NCBI GenBank assembly: GCA_031413715.1
Contig: JANOFO010000007.1
Coordinates: 26,338-90,337 of the forward strand
Reading direction: 5' to 3'
Source of the DNA: Minisyncoccota bacterium
GTDB taxonomy: Bacteria; Patescibacteriota; Minisyncoccia; Phycocordibacterales; UBA9973
DNA: 64,000 bases
The position numbers and the translations under genes were made by a program. Within the stretch, counting starts at the first letter, position 1; the number at the start of each line of letters is the position of its first letter. Positions 56,083-64,000 of this stretch are shown here, piece by piece. Under the pieces are notes generated by a model. It was given only the letters and a program-made list of their open reading frames with translations, made no database searches and was not told where the DNA came from.

Positions 56083-56463
56083 TTACGTCTTGCTTTCCTT
56101 ACGGCGACCTGATGCCATCGTTTTGCGAACATTACCACGAACAGTTCGTGAATTTGTTTTAGTTCTCTGTCCACTGACAGGCAAGCGACGCATATGACGT
56201 ACTCCACGGTATGCTTTAATATCTTTAAGTCTTTTTATATTTGCAGAGATTTCACGCTTGAGTGTGCCTTCTATGGACATAGTCTCGATAACTTTACGGA
56301 TTGCGTTTTCTTGATCAATCGTAAGCGTGTCAGCTTTGATTGTAGGATCAATCTTAGTCTCTTTAAGTATCATACGAGCACGAGAAAGACCAATACCATA
56401 GAGGGATGTTAAGCCTATATCTAAGTGTTTATTGTTTGGAATGGTTATACCTAAAATTCTCAT
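56083..56463 (-). CDS. rpsM: 30S ribosomal protein S13
   Basis: MRILGITIPNNKHLDIGLTSLYGIGLSRA. Confidence 0.9.
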   Translation of the reverse strand: MRILGITIPNNKHLDIGLTSLYGIGLSRARMILKETKIDPTIKADTLTIDQENAIRKVIETMSIEGTLKREISANIKRLKDIKAYRGVRHMRRLPVSGQRTKTNSRTVRGNVRKTMASGRRKESKT

Positions 56464-56487
56464 GATTTATTATTATTTTTGTTTGCT

Positions 56488-56598
56488 CTATTGTTTTTGC
56501 TTATGTTTGGGATTTGAACAAATAACGCGAAGATGGCCCTCCCGTTTAACCAGTTTGCATTTGGCACAGATTTTCTTTACAGCAGATTTAATCTTCAT
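56488..56598 (-). CDS. rpmJ: 50S ribosomal protein L36
   Basis: [36 protein letters not shown] (36 aa, Zn-ribbon). The track ORF was trimmed to the internal Met. Confidence 0.9.
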   Translation of the reverse strand: MKIKSAVKKICAKCKLVKREGHLRVICSNPKHKQKQ

Positions 56599-56728
56599 AT
56601 TTGAATAACGCGAAAGAAAAATATAGGGCTTCCACCCTGTATTTTCTCTAAAAGCGTATGTCAGGTTATAGTACACTACTCTCACAGAAAATGCAAGCCC
56701 CGAACTATAAACAGATAAGGATACTCTG

Positions 56729-56944
56729 CTAATTCCTTTTTATAATTCTACCCTTACCCCCATACGGATCCAAAAGGACTTCAACCTTGTCACCAACGAA
56801 AACCTTGATTCTGTGCATACGCATCTTTCCTGCCAGATACGTAATGATGATTTTTCCATCCCCTATATCTACGCGAAATAGCGTATTAGGAAGTGCTTCA
56901 GTCACCGTACCCATTACGGTATTATTGTCGTCTTTTTGATTCAT
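56729..56944 (-). CDS. infA: translation initiation factor IF-1
   Basis: S1-like OB fold: [22 protein letters not shown]...[18 protein letters not shown]. Confidence 0.85.
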   Translation of the reverse strand: MNQKDDNNTVMGTVTEALPNTLFRVDIGDGKIIITYLAGKMRMHRIKVFVGDKVEVLLDPYGGKGRIIKRN

Positions 56945-56988
56945 TTATGTCTATATATACTAACAAGAATTTAGAGAGTGGTCAATTA

Positions 56989-58392
56989 TTATTGAGTATG
57001 GATTCGAATACGAGATGGGTCAGTCGGTAGACGAGATTGCCATGGCGGGAAAATTTTAGCATTAGCTTCGGCTATACCAAGATCTTGTTTAAAGATTGAT
57101 GGAAGATCTTTTTTGGGAATTCCAAGAATATTTGCGCGGAGAGTTTCCTTGTTGGGATGCCAGATGGCAGAGATGGGGCCAGTGAGAGTGAATATGACTG
57201 ACTGGATATCTTTTGTGATACTTTGACTAGGATTTGCAAAAGCAAACGATAGATTCGCAAGATCCGGCAAATCAATTTCATTTAATTCAGCGGATGAAGT
57301 GGAGGGCAATGCATTATTTACGGCGACATGCATTAGATCTTCTTTTTTTAAAATTATAGATGACATAGTGCCACTGATGGTGATTTTACCCTTGGGTGTC
57401 GGAGATAAAATATTATTATTTGCCTGATAAGAAAACTGCATCGCGCTTGGATATAAAATATATCCCGGTGGAACCTGAGCATTTACTTTTTTAATAAGTG
57501 AACTTTTGAATGACGACACCGCGGTCGCATTGACACTGCCTTTATCTTCTGGGCCAAGTGTATAAACTATGCCTTGCGCTCCGCCTGTAAGTGGAGTTTT
57601 AAGTTTGCCATATATTTTTGTGGCTTTAGCTGTGCCCTTAAATCCGTTAATGGAAAAATCAGTTGGCGTGCCATTATATGTTTCTCCTGGCAGAAAAGCT
57701 GTGATACCGACATTTACACTTCCTGGAATAATTTTTTTTGATGTATCCAATTTGTATCCTGGAATAGTAACAGTCTTATCGGTCTCATATGTTTTACCGC
57801 TGGGATCAGACACTTTGGTGCGCACAAGCAGATTCTGTGCTTTGGTTGAGAACTCGTTATATAGGGTCATGACTCCTTGAGCTTTTATAGATACATCTTG
57901 CGGATTTGTAAGAGTTACATCTTTGGATTGTTCATCCGAGACAATCATAATCTGAAACTCGAGTTGTGATTTTGGATCAATAGATGCAATAAACTCTTTA
58001 TGGTCAAAATTTAAAGACTCTCGCCTCTCGATGATTGTGATATTTACCCTCTCTAAGAGATGCGCCGTCCAATATATGCCACCGAAAAGCAATGCACTGA
58101 TGAGCGTAGTAATGAGAGATTTCCGGATACCACCTGAGGGCTTCGCGATACGAGGTGTACTAAATATTTTATCATTATAATCTCTCGTATTTTTTGGGGG
58201 TATGTAAGGACTTGAATTAAAAATGTGTGCTTTTTCTTCTTTGACTATTTCATTAAGTTTTGGGGATTTTTTCGACACTATTGTTTGAGGTGTTGATAGC
58301 GCTGCCTTAGAGTTTACACTACCACGTGTAATCTGAGTAATCCTAACACCTCTTGGCTTTACATCTTCCATTGCTTTCTTTTTCATACGCAT
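56989..58392 (-). CDS. hypothetical bitopic membrane protein (~95-aa cytoplasmic N-terminus, one TM, ~350-aa external domain)
   Basis: TM at LITTLISALLFGGIYWTAHLL. The external part is T/S/G/K-rich and predicted beta-rich. No recognisable domain. Immediately downstream of the actin-like ATPase. Confidence 0.45.
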   Translation of the reverse strand: MRMKKKAMEDVKPRGVRITQITRGSVNSKAALSTPQTIVSKKSPKLNEIVKEEKAHIFNSSPYIPPKNTRDYNDKIFSTPRIAKPSGGIRKSLITTLISALLFGGIYWTAHLLERVNITIIERRESLNFDHKEFIASIDPKSQLEFQIMIVSDEQSKDVTLTNPQDVSIKAQGVMTLYNEFSTKAQNLLVRTKVSDPSGKTYETDKTVTIPGYKLDTSKKIIPGSVNVGITAFLPGETYNGTPTDFSINGFKGTAKATKIYGKLKTPLTGGAQGIVYTLGPEDKGSVNATAVSSFKSSLIKKVNAQVPPGYILYPSAMQFSYQANNNILSPTPKGKITISGTMSSIILKKEDLMHVAVNNALPSTSSAELNEIDLPDLANLSFAFANPSQSITKDIQSVIFTLTGPISAIWHPNKETLRANILGIPKKDLPSIFKQDLGIAEANAKIFPPWQSRLPTDPSRIRIHTQ

Positions 58393-58453
58393 AAATTCTT
58401 TACCTTATGTAAATTTAACTGATAACTTTTTTTGTTTGAGAATTTTGGAGTAT

Positions 58454-59632
58454 TCATATCATTTTACGCATTACACCTATAGCTTCGATCATGAGAAATG
58501 GATCGCAGGTACCATCCTTTACACTACACATATTGAGGAATTCTGGACCTTCAAGTATAACAACCGTACACTTGTGCTCAGCGACCATAGACTGGATGTA
58601 TGGTTCATCACGGATGACATTTACAAACCAGTTTCGTATATCAGAGTCGGCAGTTAGAAATATCGTTCCTGGTAATGTCAGTGTATGGGGCAATGTGCCG
58701 ATACATGCTCGAAAAGCTTCACCCCAAGAATTCTCAATCGAGAGGAAAAGTGGTTCTACTTTTTTCTTACGCTTATCTGAGAGTGCTTCGGTAGTGTAGA
58801 GGTTGAAAAGCTCTACCGCATCTCTGAGCTCTATATCAAGTTTAGTACACATGTATTTGAAAAAGGTGTTCTTACCAAACGGAAATGAGAGTGATGCTTT
58901 CATAATACCTTTAGTAATAATCGCAACATCAGTGACCTCACCACCGATATCAAGCAAGAGATAGGAATCTGGTACAACATAGCGATCACGAACCGCTAAA
59001 AATGATGACATGACGAACGACGAAAATGAAACGGGAATATGGTGAAAAATATTCGACAGAGTTTTACGGATTTTATCCGTGCATAGCTTTGGCGAGAGTG
59101 ATATAACCATATGCATCTCGACAGAGCGACTGCGCTTACCGATCGGATCATCAACAAGGTAGCCATTGAGTGTCACGCCCATGATATGGTGCTCAATTAT
59201 CTCTGGTGTACTTTTTGCAGACCCATATTTTGCTTCGTATGAGGTATTAAGGGTAATAATTTCTTTCTCAAGGAGTTCATCGGCGATTTTCTTGGTAAAC
59301 ATAAATGAGTGGTCACGGGCCATTTTGATAACTCGAGTTTCAGACAGATACCATGGTGACGCAAGCACACAGACGATATCATCAGGTGCGCCGACTTTGC
59401 CTTCATAAAGTGCTTTGGCGGTAATCTCAAGAGCTTTTATCATGTCTTCGATGAATACTTTAAAATCAAGTTCTTCACGGACAATAACCTCGGTCCGTGA
59501 AGACTTTATAATTGTCGGTATACCTTTGCCGTCTGTAGGAACACGGACAATTGCTCCGCCGACAGAGCCTGAGCCGATATCGAAAATAGCCACAATGCGT
59601 TCTTTTTTTGTTTGTTTAAGCATAAATGCCAT
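58454..59632 (-). CDS. actin-fold ATPase of the FtsA/PilM family
   Basis: Phosphate-1 motif IVAIFDIGSGSVGGAIV and phosphate-2 LLLDIGGEVTDVAIITKG..FPFGKNTF. No ftsZ adjacent. Followed by a bitopic membrane protein, so the architecture is PilM/PilN-like or FtsA/FtsQ-like. Confidence 0.55.
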   Translation of the reverse strand: MAFMLKQTKKERIVAIFDIGSGSVGGAIVRVPTDGKGIPTIIKSSRTEVIVREELDFKVFIEDMIKALEITAKALYEGKVGAPDDIVCVLASPWYLSETRVIKMARDHSFMFTKKIADELLEKEIITLNTSYEAKYGSAKSTPEIIEHHIMGVTLNGYLVDDPIGKRSRSVEMHMVISLSPKLCTDKIRKTLSNIFHHIPVSFSSFVMSSFLAVRDRYVVPDSYLLLDIGGEVTDVAIITKGIMKASLSFPFGKNTFFKYMCTKLDIELRDAVELFNLYTTEALSDKRKKKVEPLFLSIENSWGEAFRACIGTLPHTLTLPGTIFLTADSDIRNWFVNVIRDEPYIQSMVAEHKCTVVILEGPEFLNMCSVKDGTCDPFLMIEAIGVMRKMI

Positions 59633-59675
59633 ATTGCATTCATTATACTACAATTTCACAAAATTTAGGAAAATT

Positions 59676-61433
59676 TTATTCAAGTATTGCTTTTATACGG
59701 CGAATGCCTTGTGCAACAGCTTCTTCCTTTTGAATTTTAAAATGACCAAGTTCGGAGGTGTTTGAAACATGAGGTCCGCCACAGAATTCTTTTGATATTG
59801 CATTACCATTTTTATCTTCAATCATATAGACAGAAACAATTTCTGGATATTTTGCTCCGAATTCCATCTCAGCACCGAGTTTCTCAGCCTCCAGAAGAGG
59901 CATTTCCTTCCGGACAACATTTAATCCTTCCGCAATTTTTGTGTTTACCCAATCTTCCAACAATTTCTTCTCTTCATCAGTAAGCTTATGGTCACACAAA
60001 AAATCGATACGTAATCGTTCTTCAGTAATATTACTTCCTCTCTGTTTTATTTCTGGACTAATCACTGATTGGAGCGCAGCAAGGAGCAAGTGATGCGCGG
60101 TATGAAGTTTGATCGTCTTTTCATTGTGATTTGCAAGTCCACCCTTAAACATGCCCGTAGACGCAGTTTGAGAGAGTCTTTGATGCTCGGCCATTTGGAC
60201 ATCAAATTTTTCCCTGTCTATAATTATCCCTTTCTCTTTTGCTAATTCTTCTGTCAATTCAATCGGGAATCCGTATGTAGTAGCAAGAATGAATGGATCT
60301 ATTCCTTTTTCAAATTCCTTAAGACCTTGAACGAGAGTATTTTTAAATTTTTCTTCCTCTAAAGAAAAAGTGGATTGTATATCAACTTGTTTCAAATTCA
60401 GATAAATTGTTGAATATACATCAATAAAATGTTTTAGAATATTTACAGTTAACACAGTGTGACTCTTAATAAGCTTCATTTTAAAAACTGCTCGACGAAT
60501 CAATCTGCGTAAGACATATCCTTGATCTTTATTTCCTGGGATAACGCCATCAGAAATTAGAAATGTGGCACTTCTAAGATGATCCGCGATAATTCTAGCT
60601 GACTTTTCATTATAATTTTCTGAACTCTCCTTTATCATGCCCATTATTGATGAAAAAATATCAGTCTCGTATATACTTTGTTTACCTTGAACTACTGTAA
60701 CCACTCTTTCCAATCCTGATCCCGTATCTACATTATTCTTTGGGAGCTTATTTACAACTTTTCCATTCTCTTGTTTGTAGACCATGAAAACGTCGTTCCA
60801 AATCTCGACAACTTCTTGGCTATCTTCGGCTTTTTCAAATCTCTCCTGATTGATATCACCAAGCGTCCCAGTTAGATCATAAAACATTTCAGTTGAAGGA
60901 CCCGCAGGTGAATTTAATCCAGCGCTCCACCAATTTGACTTAGAACTTTTATAATAAATTCTATGTTCTGGTATACCTAAAGATTTCCAAATTTCCACTG
61001 ATTCCATATCTCTTTCAACGTCATCACTTCCACCAAATACAGTAATATAAAGACGAGATACGTCTAACCCTAAACCTTTATCACCTTCGAGATTATTATC
61101 TCCGTTTGTCAGAAATTCATAACTCCATTTTATTGCATCATCTTTAAAATAATCTCCGAGAGACCAGTTGCCCAGCATCTCAAAAAAAGTTAGATGGGTA
61201 TTGTCCCCAATTTCATCCAGATCAACAGTTCGTAGACACTTTTGATAATTAACAAGCCGAGTACCTTGAGGATGATCTTTACCTAAAAGGTAGGGCATCA
61301 ACGGTTGCATGCCTGCCGTATTAAAAAGAACAGAGGGGTCATTCTCAGGTACAAGCGACGCGGAAGGTATTATTTTATGGCCACGCTTTTCAAAAAAAGC
61401 TAGAAATCGTTTACGTATTTCGTTAGATTGCAT
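59676..61433 (-). CDS. alaS: alanine--tRNA ligase, short form (585 aa, lacks C-Ala domain)
   Basis: N-terminal class-II AlaRS catalytic core (FLAFFEKRGHKIIPSASLVPENDPSVLFNTAGMQP). Editing-domain HxxxH (HTAHHLLLAAL) and CGGPHV zinc motif. The ORF ends right after the editing core. Confidence 0.8.
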   Translation of the reverse strand: MQSNEIRKRFLAFFEKRGHKIIPSASLVPENDPSVLFNTAGMQPLMPYLLGKDHPQGTRLVNYQKCLRTVDLDEIGDNTHLTFFEMLGNWSLGDYFKDDAIKWSYEFLTNGDNNLEGDKGLGLDVSRLYITVFGGSDDVERDMESVEIWKSLGIPEHRIYYKSSKSNWWSAGLNSPAGPSTEMFYDLTGTLGDINQERFEKAEDSQEVVEIWNDVFMVYKQENGKVVNKLPKNNVDTGSGLERVVTVVQGKQSIYETDIFSSIMGMIKESSENYNEKSARIIADHLRSATFLISDGVIPGNKDQGYVLRRLIRRAVFKMKLIKSHTVLTVNILKHFIDVYSTIYLNLKQVDIQSTFSLEEEKFKNTLVQGLKEFEKGIDPFILATTYGFPIELTEELAKEKGIIIDREKFDVQMAEHQRLSQTASTGMFKGGLANHNEKTIKLHTAHHLLLAALQSVISPEIKQRGSNITEERLRIDFLCDHKLTDEEKKLLEDWVNTKIAEGLNVVRKEMPLLEAEKLGAEMEFGAKYPEIVSVYMIEDKNGNAISKEFCGGPHVSNTSELGHFKIQKEEAVAQGIRRIKAILE

Positions 61434-61494
61434 ACACCTATACTATACCAAAAGGCTTCAACAGAAAAGCCCTCTAATAGAGCCTTCTCTGAAT

Positions 61495-61983
61495 TTAATT
61501 TGCATCCGTATGAGACTCTTGAACAAATTTGGATTTCTTGAGATGTTCTTCGAGGAACCACAATACAATAAATATGAAGAGTGTCAGTACAGTAGTAATA
61601 ACTGCGAGTCTATAGAGTCCTAATCCAGAAGCCATTCCAATACCAGCCGAAACCCAAAGACCCGTAGCAGTGGTAAGTCCCATCAGTTTATTATCTTTTG
61701 TAAAAATTAACCCTGTACCGATAAATCCAACACCGACAATTATTTGAGCCACAATATGAAGAGGGTTCATACCAGGTATGCCTATATATGCTTTAACCAT
61801 TTCTTCCGATACCAAAACGAATAGAGCCGAGCCCATAGATACAAGTGCGTAAGTGCGCATGCCAGCAGTCTTGTGCGCCCAAACTCGCTCCGTACCGATA
61901 ATCATACCCAGGAACAATGCGACAAACAGAGGTAATATAATATCCAATGTCGCTTGATTAAATATGTTTTCCATAAAAGTCAT
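61495..61983 (-). CDS. mgtC: MgtC/SapB-family membrane protein
   Basis: GMIIGTERVWAHKTAGMRTYALVSMGSALF matches the MgtC family signature. 162 aa, 4-5 TM. Confidence 0.75.
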   Translation of the reverse strand: MTFMENIFNQATLDIILPLFVALFLGMIIGTERVWAHKTAGMRTYALVSMGSALFVLVSEEMVKAYIGIPGMNPLHIVAQIIVGVGFIGTGLIFTKDNKLMGLTTATGLWVSAGIGMASGLGLYRLAVITTVLTLFIFIVLWFLEEHLKKSKFVQESHTDAN

Positions 61984-61995
61984 TATACCAAAGAT

Positions 61996-63063
61996 TTAAA
62001 TAACCACACCACCACCTATGCACATATCTTTATCATAGACTACTATAGATTGACCAGGCGAAACAACTACAGACTTATCAAATACAACCGATGAGTTTTC
62101 GATTTTGCATGACAGAAATTCTCCATGATATCTAATCTGAGCCGTATATGATTTACCTGCCTCAGGAATCCTTGAAATCCAGTTCGTATTTTTTATTCCC
62201 ACCACACAGGATGATCCTGTGTGATAATTAATAAGTATCTTATTTTGCGAGACTGTTAGCGTATTTTCTTCCATATTTTTAAGTACAATATAGAGAGGAA
62301 CATTAAAGACAGAATGCTTTGTGATTGTAAATCCATGCCTCTCACCGAGTGTAAAAAATACCGCGCCATCATGATAGCCGATGACTTTGCCATCTTCATC
62401 CAGCACATCGCCTCGCTTTGATTGAATATAGTGCGACAGAAAATCTTTCATATCAAGAGGGCCCAGGAAGCATACACCTTGACTATCTTTTTTCATAGCA
62501 GTCGGCAATTTATATTTTTCTGCCACAAGTCGGACTTGTAATTTTTGTAAATGTCCGATAGGAAAAAGTGTATGAGATAGATCGTCTTGGGTAAGAGTCC
62601 AGAGGAAATATGATTGATCCTTACTTTCATCTTTGGCTTTCTTTAATTCATAATTATTAATTTTTAATTCGTAATTATTTTTTGCATAATGACCTGTCGC
62701 TATAAAATCTGCACCATGACCTTTAGCAAAATTCCAAAACACACCAAACTTTACTTCTCGATTGCACATGACATCCGGATTCGGTGTATTGCCTTTCTTA
62801 TATTCTTCTATCATATAGTCTGCCACTCCCTTCTTATATGCTTCCTCAGCGTCACACTCAAGAAATGGAATGCCAAGATGAGCACACACACGCATAGCAT
62901 CCCGACGCTCATCACGCCATGTACACTCTATAAAATCCGGCTGCCATGTACGAATAAAAACCCCGACGACATTGTAGCCTTGATCTTTAAGTAAGGCTGC
63001 GGAAACAGATGAATCCACTCCGCCAGACACGCCGACAAACACAGTTTTTTTATTTTTCTTCAT
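61996..63063 (-). CDS. mnmA: tRNA-specific 2-thiouridylase
   Basis: PP-loop VGVSGGVDSSVSA, catalytic Cys residues. MnmA/TrmU architecture. Confidence 0.85.
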   Translation of the reverse strand: MKKNKKTVFVGVSGGVDSSVSAALLKDQGYNVVGVFIRTWQPDFIECTWRDERRDAMRVCAHLGIPFLECDAEEAYKKGVADYMIEEYKKGNTPNPDVMCNREVKFGVFWNFAKGHGADFIATGHYAKNNYELKINNYELKKAKDESKDQSYFLWTLTQDDLSHTLFPIGHLQKLQVRLVAEKYKLPTAMKKDSQGVCFLGPLDMKDFLSHYIQSKRGDVLDEDGKVIGYHDGAVFFTLGERHGFTITKHSVFNVPLYIVLKNMEENTLTVSQNKILINYHTGSSCVVGIKNTNWISRIPEAGKSYTAQIRYHGEFLSCKIENSSVVFDKSVVVSPGQSIVVYDKDMCIGGGVVI

Positions 63064-63739
63064 GATGAAGATGATCTTTATTGTGCAACGAATGTTTCTT
63101 CTTTTTCACTATCTTCCAAAAGATATATGCAAAAAGTAGTCCGGTTAATACTATTGAGAAGTAAAAGATCATGGTGCTTTTAAAATTATCAAAATCGAGC
63201 TCTTTAAAAACAAAATAGAGTACCGTCATTGGGATAAGCGTCAGAACAGCAGTATAACTGATGTATTTTTTAAAGGATATTTTTGTAAGTCCTAAAGCAT
63301 AGCTTATATAATCAAAAAAGTAGTAGCCTAATGTTCTACCTATGACAAGCAGTGTTCTCTCATGAATATGAGCAATCTCGTCAATTTCAAGCATAGTTTT
63401 TTTACCAACGAGTTTGATAACAACTTTCCTTCCCCATCTTCGAGCAATAAAGAAGGAAGCAGTAGCACTGATCATACTGACACAGTAAAACAGGATAAGA
63501 ATTGACTCATATCCATACAATCTGATACCAACAAAAATAAAGGCAGAACCAGATAATGGAGCAAAAACTTGTGTCGCAATTATCACGAGTCCAAGGAATA
63601 TCGGTCCGAACCATCCGAGGCGAGAAGCAGTATTTTCTAAAATCTCTTTGTCAATCGTGCTTATCAAATATATAAACGCGATCAGGGCAGAGACGAGGAG
63701 TATTCGTCCAACAATTTTTTTATAATTATGTTTTCTCAT
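63050..63739 (-). CDS. polytopic membrane protein, DedA/TVP38-like (tentative)
   Basis: 229 aa, 5-6 TM, basic C-terminal tail. Family assignment weak. Confidence 0.35.
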   Translation of the reverse strand: MRKHNYKKIVGRILLVSALIAFIYLISTIDKEILENTASRLGWFGPIFLGLVIIATQVFAPLSGSAFIFVGIRLYGYESILILFYCVSMISATASFFIARRWGRKVVIKLVGKKTMLEIDEIAHIHERTLLVIGRTLGYYFFDYISYALGLTKISFKKYISYTAVLTLIPMTVLYFVFKELDFDNFKSTMIFYFSIVLTGLLFAYIFWKIVKKKKHSLHNKDHLHHEEK

Positions 63740-63757
63740 AAAAATATTATGTGCTTT

Positions 63758-64000
63758 TTAACTTCTTACCCATCTCGCAAATATACCACATGGAAGCAAT
63801 CGTTCGGTGTTGCTCTCTTGTATTGTAAGCTCTCCAATTTCTATTGTTCCTTTCTGATTCTTCATCATATCAATGAGATTATTTTGATACGCAATCGCCG
63901 AATAGCCAGCGGTATAGCCATTTATGAGAACAAAGAGTGGTTTATCAGATAGTATTTCTTGACATAATTTCATTAATTCTAAAAAATGCTCTTCAATCTT
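63758..64000 (-). CDS. hypothetical protein, 5' end beyond window
   Basis: The minus-strand ORF stops at 63758 and remains open through the window end. No recognisable domain in the 80 visible residues. Confidence 0.35.
   Translation of the reverse strand, partial: KIEEHFLELMKLCQEILSDKPLFVLINGYTAGYSAIAYQNNLIDMMKNQKGTIEIGELTIQESNTERLLPCGIFARWVRS

Noticed and set aside
1-64000. CRISPR arrays, transposases, integrases, phage genes, restriction-modification or other defense cassettes
   Set aside because: No tandem direct-repeat/spacer structure and no ORF with recognisable mobile-element or defense motifs were seen. The window is dominated by core genes.
1-64000. Alternative genetic code (UGA recoded, as in Gracilibacteria/SR1)
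   Set aside because: Housekeeping proteins have normal lengths under the standard code and several terminate at TGA (e.g. the tktN stop in the ATGA overlap), so the standard code fits.

Overview
AT-rich (~33-35% GC), gene-dense bacterial chromosome segment. About 85% of genes are on the minus strand and most are compact housekeeping genes. The gene content (split transketolase, archaeal-type AspRS plus GatB, a short AlaRS, a PaaX-like regulator, DUF1653/DUF975 proteins, many leaderless-looking starts) suggests a reduced-genome bacterium of the Patescibacteria/CPR type. That taxonomic placement is inference only.

Identified content, in order along the window:
- atpI-like and atpB (5' end of an atp operon).
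- tRNA-Ile(GAT).
- an RRM protein, prfA and rpmE.
- a coiled-coil SLT lytic transglycosylase.
- rplY.
- a guaB-purA-guaA purine interconversion operon.
- an FAD-linked oxidase.
- a central-carbon cluster: fba, a PfkB kinase, split tkt, rpe, rpiB and gap.
- gatB and tRNA-Leu(TAA).
- a coiled-coil M23 peptidase.
- gltX.
- a dcw fragment (mraY-ftsW-murG) and scpAB.
- HIT, aspS and trpS.
- dnaB-recR, rplU, a CorA-like transporter and cysS.
- an orphan histidine kinase.
- a polyamine island: arginine decarboxylase-like, aguA, aguB and a deoxyhypusine-synthase-like gene.
- a SAM methyltransferase.
- dnaJ-dnaK ... grpE, with a small-gene cassette between dnaK and grpE.
- a ribosomal/rpoA cluster: infA-rpmJ-rpsM-rpsK-rpsD-rpoA-rplQ, then rplM-rpsI.
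- an FtsA/PilM-like actin-fold ATPase followed by a bitopic membrane protein.
- a short alaS, mgtC, mnmA and a DedA-like membrane protein.

Non-housekeeping items worth follow-up:
1. Two paralogous SET-domain (NHSCNP[NS] ... post-SET Cys cluster) proteins. One appears co-transcribed with a polytopic membrane protein.
2. A contiguous arginine->agmatine->putrescine(->homospermidine?) module.
3. A pervasive promoter architecture: a TAnAAT hexamer (often extended TGnTATAAT) 5-9 nt upstream of the ATG with no Shine-Dalgarno. This implies leaderless mRNAs.
4. Several perfect palindromes and inverted repeats at promoters: a 40-bp palindrome upstream of the SLT gene, a 21-bp palindrome in the fba/pfkB divergent promoter, and a 14-bp IR pair upstream of grpE.
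5. A promoter-hairpins-terminator unit just upstream of guaB that looks like an sRNA or riboswitch-like leader.
6. A 4-5 gene insertion between dnaK and grpE: a PaaX-like regulator, overlapping small genes, and a Zn-ribbon micro-ORF.

No CRISPR array, transposase, integrase or obvious defense-system gene was seen. I cannot point to a single clearly novel multi-gene system with confidence. The candidates above are ranked by interest in the findings.
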